46,427 nt of DNA. Origin: Octopus bimaculoides (Eukaryota). The stretch lies in NCBI RefSeq assembly GCF_001194135.2, contig NC_068986.1, forward strand, positions 69,157,954-69,204,380, given 5' to 3'. The notes below the pieces were generated by a model. That model was not told the DNA's origin, did no database searches, and saw only the letters and a list, made by a program, of their open reading frames with translations. This document shows positions 1 to 10,764 of this stretch, piece after piece. How positions within the stretch are numbered: the stretch's first letter is position 1; the number at the start of each line of letters is the position of its first letter. A program made the position numbers and the translations under genes.

Positions 1-469
1 ATACGCATATTTTCGCATGCACGCACATACATCTATACGTGCGTGCGTGTGTGCGGGTACGTGCGTATATAGAAGTATGTGCGTGCATGCGAAAATATGC
101 GTATATAGACGCGTTTTAACCTTATAGTTTTTTCACACTTTCTTCTGTAATTTGCTTTTAGCCCTATGGTTTTTTCTGCGTGCGTGTGTATGGGTGAGAG
201 GCTGTTGAGTGCGTGTGTGGGTGTGTAGGCGGATATACCCGTGTATGCGGGTATATATATGTATATGTATATATATGTGTAGTTTTTGGCGAGTATGTGG
301 GTGAGCATATGTGTGTTTCAAGCGGAGGTGGTTTAGTATATAGATATAGGCGAATGTACGGATTGGTGCGCTTACGCGAACACTATAGACTTTTCTACCC
401 CCTCACCTTTACTCCCCCCCCCTTACTTAGCAGTCTATAGCTCTTTTGTCTTAATAACGGTCAACCACA

Positions 470-620
470 CAGTAATTTCCCTTTGTTAAACGGTCATTTT
501 TCACAGGAATTTTTAATGGCCTGATAACTGAAGAGATGTTGGCGTGGGTTCCCACCCCGGCATCCGAAACTCGGAGTTTTATCATGGCTACCGAATAAGT
601 GTCACCTATTTTTACAGATA
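470..620 (+). mobile_element. Hammerhead-bearing interspersed repeat (PLE pseudo-LTR/retrozyme-like), copy 1
   Basis: Aligns by eye with the reverse complement of 3925-4052 (shared agtaa-ttccc-ttt and ccggcat--gaaactc-gagt blocks). Ends directly in (TA)n. Confidence 0.55.
517..590 (+). ncRNA. Type I hammerhead ribozyme motif (minimal stem III), probably in a Penelope-like element terminal repeat
   Basis: Stem I TGATAA(522-527)/TTATCA(579-584); core CTGAAGA(528-534); stem II GATGTTGG(535-542)/CCGGCATC(557-564) with inner GTGG-GTTC-CCAC hairpin; GAAA(566-569); stem III ACT-CGG-AGT; cleavage triplet GUU(576-578). One extra C (565) precedes GAAA. Folded by hand. Confidence 0.75.
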
Positions 621-1864
621 TATATATATATATATATATATATANNNNNNNNNNNNNNNNNNNNNNNNNNNNNNNNNNNNNNNNNNNNNNNNNNNNNNNN
701 NNNNNNNNNNNNNNNNNNNNNNNNNNNNNNNNNNNNNNNNNNNNNNNNNNNNNNNNNNNNNNNNNNNNNNNNNNNNNNNNNNNNNNNNNNNNNNNNNNNN
801 NNNNNNNNNNNNNNNNNNNNNNNNNNNNNNNNNNNNNNNNNNNNNNNNNNNNNNNNNNNNNNNNNNNNNNNTCCATAATGAGTCAGCCCACACTCTAAAC
901 CAGATTCAATTTATTTTATATATCGTATCAAAACTTATCGTATCTGAGTAATAAATAAAATTTCAAATGTCAAAAAGACTAGAAATGAAATTTGATGTAA
1001 TAAATCACTACTCTCAAAATGGAAGTCGATTCAACGGAAACTACAGAATAGTTTAATATAAACGAACCAATTTCAAAATAACAAAGGATATATACATCAG
1101 AAGTAGCATAACTGCTGGAAGCCAACGGAAAAAGCTGAGTAATTTTCGATAGAAATTTTCACCCAATTTTACATTACCCACATATACATATATACGCAAA
1201 CACACGTCCATATACATACATACATACATACATACATACATACATACATACATACATACATACTTACATGCGTGTATGCATACATACATACATACATGCA
1301 TATATTGAGAGAAAAAGAGAGATTGATTTAATGAGGGGCTATTGAATAGATGGAAGAAGATCAAAAGTGAAGCATGCAATATATGATGGCTAGACAATAT
1401 GACCCAAATCAACAGATAAAAGAATCTGTTCAGAAAACAGAGGAAGAGTCAATGAAGGGAAGTTCACTGGCATTTGGTATTCTGCAAATCCAAGTTAAGC
1501 AAAACTTTAAGCGTGACGTAGTATAATAGTAAAATAGACGAATGTAATTTAAAGTATATCTACATATGTTTCATTAAGAAATTTTATTGTGACGTAACAT
1601 CATAGAAATAGCCAAATATAGACGTGCAAAAGTCCATAAGATTATGCAATACGTTACACTGAATCGCTAAAATCTTCAGGTTATGCTATACTTTAAACGC
1701 GTAAATAATTATATGCTATATTGAGGTACATTAAAACATGAAAAGTCGAATGAAGAATATATATCTAGTTCAAATATAGAAGCGAGTTTGTATACAATCG
1801 ACCAATCAGAACTGTAGGTAGTTTATGATGTTCGGAGGATTGAGGGCAGAGAATGGGTGAGTAA

Positions 1865-2238
1865 CAGATGTGGAACTATCGTGGCACTCCATCGGTTACG
1901 ATGACGAGGGTTCCAGTTGATCCGATCAACGAAACAGCCTGCTCGTGAAATTAACGTGCAAGTGGCTGAGCACTCCACAGACACACGTGTACCCTTAACG
2001 TAGTTTTCGGGACATTCAGCGTGACACAGTGTATGACAAAGTTGGCCCTTTGAAATAAAGGTACTACAGAAACTGGAAGAAAGAGTGAGAGAAGTTGTGG
2101 TGAAAGAGTACATCAGGGTTCACCACCAGCCCCTGCCGGAGCCTCATGGAGCTTTAGGTGTTCTCGCTCTGGGAATCGAAACCGCGATCCCACGACCGCA
2201 TGTCCGGGGCCCTAACCACTGGGCCATTGCGCCTCCAC
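1865..2238 (-). mobile_element. tRNA-headed SINE (family C head GTGGAGGCGC..TGGC..AGTGGTTAGGG)
   Basis: Minus strand has an A box (TGGCCCAGTGG) and B box (GGTTTCGATTCC). Its 3' module recurs at about 3362-3436 and, decayed, at about 43935-44040. Confidence 0.75.
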
Positions 2239-2402
2239 TTGTGCAACTATAGGTATAAGTGTTAAGTGGGTTTCCTATGATTGGTTAGAAGAAAGAGTAA
2301 AACGAATTCAATAACATCTCCAAAGGGTCATTAACTTAACCATATAGAACCAAATATTTGCGTCGGGATTTTATCATCGAAGAAAACAGATATCAACGAT
2401 GC

Positions 2403-3298
2403 CTAGGCAAAGGCCCGAAAGTTTTGGGGGAGAGGGCCAGTCGATTAGATCGACCCCAGTACGCAACTGGCACTTAATTTATCGACCCGAAAGAATGAAA
2501 TGTAAAGTCGACCTTGGCGGAATTTGAACTCAGAACATAAAGACAGACGAAATACCGCTCAGCATTTTGCCCGGCGTGCTAATGTTTCTGCCAACTCGCT
2601 GCCTTGTCACAGTGAAATATTCTTTTCTACTCTAGGCACAAGGCCCGAAATTTTGGCGGGCGGGGGGAGCCTGTCGATTAGATCGACCCGAGTATGTAAC
2701 TGGTACTTAATTTATCAACCCCGAAAGGATGAAAGGAAAAGTCGACCTTGGCTGAATTTGAACTCAGAACGTAAAGATACGCGAAATACTGCTAAGTATT
2801 TTAGCCGGNNNNNNNNNNNNNNNNNNNNNNNNNCTAACGTTTCTTATTTCTTTATCGCCCACAAGGGGCTAAACATAGAGGGGACAAACAAAGACAGACA
2901 AAGGGATTAAGTCGATTACATCGATCCCATTGCGTATCTGGTACTTAATTTATCGACCCCCAAAAGAATGAAAGGCAAAGTGGACCTAGGCGGAATTTGA
3001 AATCACAACGTAACGGCAGACGAAATACCGCTAAGCATTCCGCCCGGCGTGCTAACGTTTCTTATTTCTTTATTTCCCACAAGGGGCTAAACATGGAGGG
3101 GACGAACAAGGACAGACACAGGGATTAGATCGATTACATCGACCCCAGTGCGTATCTGGTACTTATTTAATCGACCCCGAAAGGATAAAAGGCAAAGTCG
3201 ACTTTGGCTGAATTTGAACTCAGAATGTAAAGACAGACGAAATAACACTAAGCATTTAGGCCGGCGTGCTAACGTTTCTGACCGGCTCACCGCCTTAA
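2403..3298 (-). mobile_element. Four head-to-tail tRNA-derived SINE copies (family A, Meta-domain-like core)
   Basis: Copies at about 2403-2606, 2622-2843, 2844-3061 and 3062-3298 share head GGCGGCGAGCTGGCAGAAACGTTAG, B box GAGTTCAAATTCC and core GCCTTTCATCCTTTCGGGGTCGATAAATTAAGTACCAG. Core resembles the MetaSINE/Sauria-SINE central domain (from memory, unverified). Confidence 0.85.
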
Positions 3299-3766
3299 GG
3301 AGACAATCTATTGAATTATATTGCGTAGTGTTTGGTACATTACATCCCATATGACTAGCTAACCACTACTCCGTTGGTTACGACAACGAGTGTTCCAGTT
3401 GAACCAATCAACGAAACAGCCTGCTCGTGAAATTAATATGGAATTAATATGTGAAATAAAGTTTCTCGCTCAAAGACACAACGGGCTATCAGCAATTGAA
3501 CTCACGACCTTATATGAGTTGATAAGAGAAGCCATTAAATTTAAGGTTTTAAAATTAACGTATACGAACATTTTAGTATAATAAAAGCAGAGTTTAGTTC
3601 AATTTGCAGTAAACTAATTTGTAATTAACTTAATTACAGCAAAACGAGGAATATGTCAACTTAATATATAGATTATTGAGAATATTTGGAAAAAAATTTA
3701 TAAACAAAAATACACATACGTTCATACAAATAAGCTTGCTGCGTGCAGCAATACAATATACATACA

Positions 3767-3916
<150 letters not shown>

Positions 3917-3924
3917 AGTTTAGG

Positions 3925-4052
3925 GCAATCAGTAGGTTGTCATAATGGTACTCGGAGTTTCAAATGCCGGACCTAAGAACTACGATGCATTCTCATCGGC
4001 TGATGATGGCAATAGACGCTATAAAGAACTGTTGAATAAAAGGGAAGTTACT
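3925..4052 (-). mobile_element. Hammerhead-bearing repeat, decayed copy 2
   Basis: Minus strand reads CCGATGA-GAATGC...GCATTT-GAAAC-TCCGA-GTA. Core has a U-to-C change and stem I is eroded. The 3' end abuts a (TATG)n/(TA)n tract. Confidence 0.55.
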
Positions 4053-4264
4053 CTAATAGGTAGGAAAAATTATATCAAAGATGAAAAATACATGTGACCA
4101 TACTCTCACAATATATAGATATAAAACGTCTTCCGTTCATAGCGTTTACATACGCACACTCTGAAATAAACATGTATATGTACATGCCCCAACACGCACA
4201 AACATATATGTGCAGGTACGTACTCATACACATATCCACACACACACACATGCACACATGTATG

Positions 4265-4297
<33 letters not shown>

Positions 4298-4336
4298 ACG
4301 CAACTTAATCCTCATATACACATAGGTGTATGCTCG

Positions 4337-4381
<45 letters not shown>

Positions 4382-4391
4382 NNNNNNNNNN

Positions 4392-4429
<38 letters not shown>

Positions 4430-4513
4430 GCATACATTCACTCTCCCACATGTGCTTATTTTGGTAGTTTTGACTTATGAAGTCTCTCTATATAAATTAT
4501 ATAAATTATAATA

Positions 4514-4975
4514 CAGGGTATCTAAGAGATACCACCACGCTGAAAAATAGCAGTCAAATCCTGACTCTAAAACCACAATAAATGTCCACATAGCACGAGT
4601 AGCGAAGACGAAGATCAAATAAACCAGTAAAAATAAGATAATTCCAGATCCAGGATTTCTGGCTTTGCATAAATAATAATGCTTTGCCTTCNNNNNNNNN
4701 NAAAAATAAGATAATTCCAGATCCAGGATTTCTGGCTTTGCATAAATAATAATGCTTTGCCTTCATCGGTGGAATATACTCAAGTACATAAATACAAATA
4801 CATGTATATAAACAGTATACTTACATATACGGACGTATACATACATATATATGCACGTATGCACACGACTAGCTTAAATAGCCCGCCTAAAAAACTATGT
4901 GGACATTTATTGTGGTTTTTAGAGTCAGGATCTGACTGCTATTTTTCAGCGTGGTGGTATCTCTTAGATACCCTG
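4514..4975. mobile_element. Tc1/mariner-type MITE
   Basis: About 75-bp TIRs (CAGGGTATCTAAGAGATACCACCACGCTGAAAAATAGCAGTC and its reverse complement); TA at 4512-4513 and 4976-4977; no coding capacity. Confidence 0.9.
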
Positions 4976-6061
4976 TATTATAATTTTAAATAATTATTAC
5001 CTTTGATGGTTTTTATTCCCATGCTGACCACTTGATAAGATCAATATTTTAAATATCGATCTTATCCTTATTTATAGNNNNNNNNNNNNNNNNNNNNNNN
5101 NNNNNNNNNNNNNNNNNNNNNNNNNNNNNNNNNNNNNNNNNNNNNNNNNNNNNNNNNNNNNNNNNNNNNNNNNNNNNNNNNNNNNNNNNNNNNNNNNNNN
5201 NNNNNNNNNNNNNNNNNNNNNNNNNNNNNNNNNNNNNNNNNNNNNNNNNNNNNNNNNNNNNNNNNNNNNNNNNNNNNNNNNNNNNNNNNNNNNNNNNNNN
5301 NNNNNNNNNNNNNNNNNNNNNNNNNNNNNNNNNNNNNNNNNNNNNNNNNNNNNNNNNNNNNNNNNNNNNNNNNNNNNNNNNNNNNNNNNNNNNNNNNNNN
5401 NNNNNNNNNNNNNNNNNNNNNNNNNNNNNNNNNNNNNNNNNNNNNNNNNNNNNNNNNNNNNNNNNNNNNNNATTTACTTTACTTTATATTATACTCATTT
5501 ATTGTGCTTTTAATTATTAATTTTTCTATATGTGATAGTGGAGTTTCATCGATGAGTTCTTGAAAATTGGTTATTTTCCCTAAAACTATATATTTTATAT
5601 ATACTTTATCTATAAGGCTCAATTTAATTTTAATTTTTTATAAATTGATTTTAATTGAGTTTTTTACCTGTAATTTTGGATTTTGTCCCTAATTTTATTA
5701 TATATATATATATATATATATATACATCCTCCTATCACACATCTACAACCGCCGATATACAAGCATATGAATATCCCTATAAAAGGAGAGGACGTTTGAA
5801 TGAAAGTCGCACTTTTGCTCCGGACACAGTCCTACACTCATATACATAGATACACGCGAACACATATATACACACGCACACACATACACATTTAATATAT
5901 ACTTACATATGCATATACTCACACACGCACACAATCACACAATTAAAAAGGAAAAAAAGGAAAAAATATATATAAAACAATAAAAAAATGTTAAAACATA
6001 TGGAAAGCTTGTGCAGGAACATAGTAAAATTGCAGATTCTATCCGTGATCTTGAGGGGCCC

Positions 6062-6478
6062 AAAACCGTAACAGGTATTTTGTTCTATGTGGACATGATC
6101 CAAAAAGCTTATCTCTTGAATGTAGACCTGTAGCGGGGTCTAAGGAACTTTTCCAGATGTGACATCTTTCCATATCGCCAAGACCGCACTTGACACTACC
6201 GTTAGTATAAGTTTTACACTTGTCCAAGATTTTCCAGTAAATCCTATAACTGTCGCCTTGTTCTTTTAAGAGCCATATATGCCTGGATAATTTGTAGTTT
6301 TTCGTTTATCCCAGTGTCTGAAGCTTAAGGAGTAATTATCAAACCTCGCTTTAAAATTTCCCTCCTTGAGACCCACATATCTCTTTGACGAAACTGCGTT
6401 ATTAGCGTTCGTAGAACTTACGGTAGCTCCATAAATAATGACCTCGGCCATACAGGTTCCATTTAGCGGACACAATTC
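6062..6478 (-). pseudogene. Penelope-like element GIY-YIG endonuclease remnant
   Basis: Frameshifted translation CPLNGTCMAEVIIYGATV...KRYVGLKEGNFKARFDNYSLSFRH...LSRHIWLLKEQGDSYRIYWKIL...CPHRTKYLL matches the PLE C-terminal endonuclease pattern (CPL.G.C, VIY...YIG, SFRH, LS..IW.LK, C.H..K.LL). Confidence 0.85.
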
Positions 6479-6717
6479 TCCAAAAGAGGGAATCTGGACC
6501 TTGCAATAAACTACAGAGGAATAACAGTAACAGCAATTGCATCGAATGCATTGCTCCTCAATCGAATCCAACCTCAAATTGAAAGAGTTCTTAGGAAAAA
6601 TCAAAGTCGATTGAGGAAGAGCCGCTCAACATTGGTCAAATTCTCACAGTTAGGCGGAGGTTGGAAGGAGTACGAGCCAAAAACCTTAATGCAGTTCTGC
6701 TCTTCGTCGATTTTAAA
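6478..6717 (+). pseudogene. RTE-like LINE reverse transcriptase fragment
   Basis: Frameshifted PK.GNLDLAINYRGITVTAIAS..NALLLNRIQPQIERVLRKNQSRLRKSRST.GQILTVRRRLEGVRAKNLNAVLLFVDF matches N-terminal RT motifs of non-LTR elements (NYRGI, NQ.GFR, FVDF). Confidence 0.85.
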
Positions 6718-7568
6718 TTGTGTTGTAGATCAGTACTAGCCGAAAATTGAATAAACAGCCTGATCTACAACACTATCTAAAGTTGTAATTAACCAAAAAA
6801 AAATAACACTCCTAATTACCCGGTTGCTTGTCCTGAATAAGTAATCTTTCACGGCTTCTAAGTAAGACCGATTGTCATTGGAATATGTATAAGCCTCCAG
6901 TGGCTAGTTCAGATCACGAATAGGACAAATTAGCTGTCGACTGTCAACGTGTTGCTATGTGAATAAATGCTGTTAGATGGGGATACTCCGAATTAGTAGT
7001 AGAATTACTTGGTTGTCGACTGATTATATGCTGAAATAGTCTACCTTCTATAATCACCTTTAGTCATCCCTAATACTAAAAACAGAAATTAGCACTAGAA
7101 AGACTACTATTATACATTTTTCACCTGTCACTAAGTGACCGATTGTATCCAGTGGCCCTATCAAGTAGCACTCGGTAGTCGATAGAAACCAGCGAATGCT
7201 AATCGCCAGATACAAACTCTAACGATTGATCAGAAACAACAAACGAGGACGATATTTACTCATTATTTTATTAACATCAACCTTATCTAGAAGCTGTGAA
7301 AGACTTGACACTTACGAACAACTTACCGAATTGTTAGGAGAGTTCTTTCTCATTCCTTTGATCCTTTAAATAGTGCGGTTCTGATTCATCTGTTAACAAG
7401 ATACACAGGCACATACACCCACACAGACATATTTATATACATATATATATACGAACACAAATATCAATGTATACATGTGTGTATGTATATATATATTTTT
7501 GCGTGTTTGTGTTTATGCATACATGTTTACATGTATGTATGTATGTAAGTATATATACATATACTTGA

Positions 7569-7603
<35 letters not shown>

Positions 7604-8468
7604 ACACACGCACACAAGTATGCGTGTATATATATAGACACATAGTTCTATCTGTATACTTGGACACATTAGTTTAATACGTGTTGGAATGCATGTGTCT
7701 ATGCATTTATGTTTGTATATTTGTGTGTGAGATCGTCTGAATAAATGTGTGCATATACGTGTGCGTGAATGTAAGCAATTAAGTAAGTATAAAAACTACT
7801 TTGTTAGATGAAAGGAAACCATATTTTCAGAATAACAGTGCAGAACCTCATCTATTAGTGATATACGTTAACATATTTGCAAAAATATTTACTTATTTTT
7901 ATGTTATGAAGTATTTCCTCTCACCCCCACTCACCTCTCCTTTTTTTTTTCCAAAACAGTTTGGTCGAGATTTGTTGAGATGAGGGAATATATATATTTT
8001 TTCATGAATATGAAACGAAAATGCGGCTAGAAATAGAAAATTAGCTTAGAGTAAGATTGATAATTGATTAGAGCGCTATTGTAATTTTAGAAATGTTGTA
8101 TGGCATTTTATACTCTTATTAGTTTTCCTTGATACTTCTAGTAAACTCTGTTCTGTAGAACTGATACATGAAAATATGTGTATATTTTTATTGTTCGTTG
8201 GAGAGAGACTCTATTTTCAAGAGAGAAGGAAATTGGATTTGCTTTATTCATGCCTTTCGTAAAGGTATTAATGGTAACCTCTCAATCTGCCAGAAATAGA
8301 ACCCAAATTTCCCTCTATTCACATCCTATCATATCAAAAGGAAAAGCAATCAATAACATATTCAAAGATACACTATGTCGAAAAAAAAAGTTCTCACAGT
8401 GGGTATACTCTTAACTAAAACTAACCTGGGGCTAAACAACACAACAATAGTATTACTGTGGCCCTAAC

Positions 8469-8728
8469 CAGTGATTCTCAACTATTTTTGCTTTACCTAT
8501 GGACCCCTTTGATTCCTATTTTACTCGGGTTCGGGTGGACCCTCATAGCCATTCGATGTTTCAAAAATTCCTGAGGTATTTTTATAATTAAATATCATTA
8601 GGAATTATATAAAAAAAAAAAATTGCCAAAATGTTTTGTGTATTGTAGAAGTATAAACACATAAGTTTTAATAGGAAAATCTCATATGGACCCCCAAGGG
8701 CCATATGGATCCCCGTTGAGAACCACTG
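8469..8728. mobile_element. hAT (Charlie/Buster-type) MITE
   Basis: TIRs CAGTGATTCTCAAC / GTTGAGAACCACTG; degenerate 8-bp TSD GCCCTAAC vs GTCTAAAC. Confidence 0.75.
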
Positions 8729-8904
8729 GTCTAAACAAAATAATTTCATCGGGTAATCGAAATCAAGATACTGCTTAGGCTTGTCGGGATCGATCATTTT
8801 TCTCTTAAGCACATCTCCTGTTACTTTACACCTATAATAATCTTCAGGTAGATGAAATACCGTGGACTTGTTTTTGACTCGAACTAAGGGATTTATACCC
8901 TATT

Positions 8905-9132
8905 CTTTTCCTTGTTTCAGTCATAAGACTGCGGCCATGCTAGAGCACCGCTTTAAAGGGATTTAGTCGAAGATATCAATCTCAGGATTTATTCTTTGTA
9001 AGCCGAGTACTTATTCTATTGGTCTCTTCTGCCGAACCGCTAAGTTACAGGGACATAAATACACCAACATCAGTTATCAAGCAGTGGTGGTGCGACAAAC
9101 ACAAACACAAAGACACATGCATATAAATATAT

Positions 9133-9204
<72 letters not shown>

Positions 9205-9358
9205 CGTCTTCTTTCAGTTTCTGTCAACCAAAATCTACTCACCAGGTTTTGGTCGACACGAGACCATAGTAGAAGACACTTGCCCAAGGTGCCCCTCCGT
9301 GGGACTGAACCCGGAACCATGTGTTTGGGAAGCAAGATTCTTACCACACAGTCACGCC
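8905..9358 (-). mobile_element. SINE family B (tRNA head + CORE-like CACCTTGGGCAAGTGTCTTCT + internal microsatellite + 3' module)
   Basis: Head 9205-9358, (TA)n 9120-9200, 3' module 8905-9110. Same layout at 11750-12115, 14640-15030 and 27500-27885. Confidence 0.8.
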
Positions 9359-9555
9359 TATAATGATTTAGCCGTGGGCCATTCTTCAGAGTTAGTAAAA
9401 ATGTTGGCATCTTTTCGTTTGATGTAGTCTTTCGAAATAATAGCGTTTATGTGCATTCATTGCTGTTTTATTTCAATACAACGAAGTGCTAAATCAATGT
9501 AGTGTTGTGTAAGTAGACTACTGAAGTATATAGTAGTGCAATAATTTCAAATTTT

Positions 9556-10556
9556 GGATCTTTTCCCTTTGAACGGCAGATCGAGAAATTAAGTTTTTGT
9601 AACTAAGCACTTTCAAACTTCGGACACTGGTAGAATGTGTCATATAAAACATCTTTTACTTTTAGTGTTGTTGAGAAAAGTTTCTATTTTGAAAGTTATT
9701 TCGTGTTAAAGTTGTCATATTTCGGTAATTTCAACCAATCAATTATGTGTATTCAGCTGAATAAAATTACTGGCGTTGTTTGTCAACAACTTCCGGTGGT
9801 GTATATTTCGTTTGTCACTGTTATTTATGACATCGTTCGTGCGTTTGTACTGGTTTTAGCTTTAGGGTTTTAGGGTTAGCGTTAGGGTTTTTGGGTTAGG
9901 GTTAGGATTTTTGGGTTAGGGTTAGGGTTTTAGAGTTAGGGTTAGGGTAGGGTTAGAGTTTTAGGGTTAGGGCTAGGGTTTTAGGGTTAGGGTTAAGGTT
10001 TTAGAGTTAGGGTTAGGGTTTTAGGATTAAGTTTAGGGTTAGGGTTTTAGGGTTAGGGTTAAAGTTTTAGGGTTAGGGTTAGGGTTGGGGTTTTAGGGTT
10101 AGAATTATGGGAAAAGTGAAAAATTAAGAAATTGGGGGGGGGGGGACAAAAAATCTTTCCGAAAATAGTAGCTGAAAAACAGGAAAAAAAACAAAAAACA
10201 AAAAACAAACTAAAAGCAGCAGAAATGCACGAACGATTATGGTGGTGCTATGAAGTAAACATGCTTCAGATACACTCGTTTAATCATACAAACGTAACTG
10301 AGATGAAATATGTCATAAATAACAGTGACAAACGAAATATACACCGCCGGATTTTATTCAGCTGAATACACGTAATTGATTGGTTGAAATTCCCTAAATA
10401 CGACAACTTTAACTCGAAATAACTTTGAAAATAGAAACTTTTTTTAACAACACTAAAAGATGTTTTATATGACACATTCTACCAGTGCCCGAAGTTTGAA
10501 AGTGTTTAGTTACAAAAAAATAATTTCTCGATCTGCCGTTCAAAGGGAAAAGATCC
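9556..10556. mobile_element. Non-autonomous DNA transposon with about 300-bp TIRs and 8-bp TSD
   Basis: Termini GGATCTTTTCCCTTTGAACGGCAG / CTGCCGTTCAAAGGGAAAAGATCC; TSD CAAATTTT at 9548-9555 and 10557-10564; arms about 9556-9865 and 10205-10556, the right arm carrying an approximately 75-bp insertion. Confidence 0.9.
9853..10101 (+). repeat. Interstitial telomere-like array (TTAGGG mixed with TTTTAGGG variants)
   Basis: Directly visible; lies between the two TIR arms. Confidence 0.95.
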
Positions 10557-10764
10557 CAAATTTTGACACAAGGCCAGCAGGTTCGGAGAAGGGATTAAGT
10601 CTGGTTACATCAAGCCGAGTGTTCAGATGGCACTTATTTTATAGACCCTGAAAGGATGCAAGGCAAACTGACCTCAGCAGAATTTGAACTCAGAACATAG
10701 AGACGGACGAAATGCCACTAAGCATTTGCTCAGTATGCTAACGATTCTGCCAGCTCGCCGCCTT
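10557..10764 (-). mobile_element. SINE family A copy whose 3' tail is interrupted by the TIR element
   Basis: Tail consensus ATTGGTTTCAAATTTTGGCACAAGG (cf. 32060-32087) is split: ATAATTTCAAATTTT left of 9556 and CAAATTTTGACACAAGG right of 10556. Confidence 0.8.

Noticed and set aside
2161-2238. tRNA-like A/B boxes here and in other SINE heads
   Set aside because: They are SINE heads continuing into repeat bodies; no complete cloverleaf is supported.
2403-3298. CRISPR-like or satellite array
   Set aside because: The units are dispersed SINE monomers with no repeat-spacer structure, in a eukaryotic context.
4630-4764. Exact direct repeat of about 62 bp inside the MITE
   Set aside because: The copies flank a 10-N gap, the typical signature of unmerged overlapping contig ends.
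5034-5066. Near-perfect 33-bp palindrome
   Set aside because: AT-rich, next to a gap, no partner feature; function unsupported.
5780-5835. Possible hammerhead downstream of the PLE remnant (minus strand AAACGTC)
   Set aside because: No CUGAnGA core or GAAA can be placed.
9853-10101. Chromosome end or fusion site
   Set aside because: The array is one-directional, degenerate and enclosed by TIRs with a TSD.
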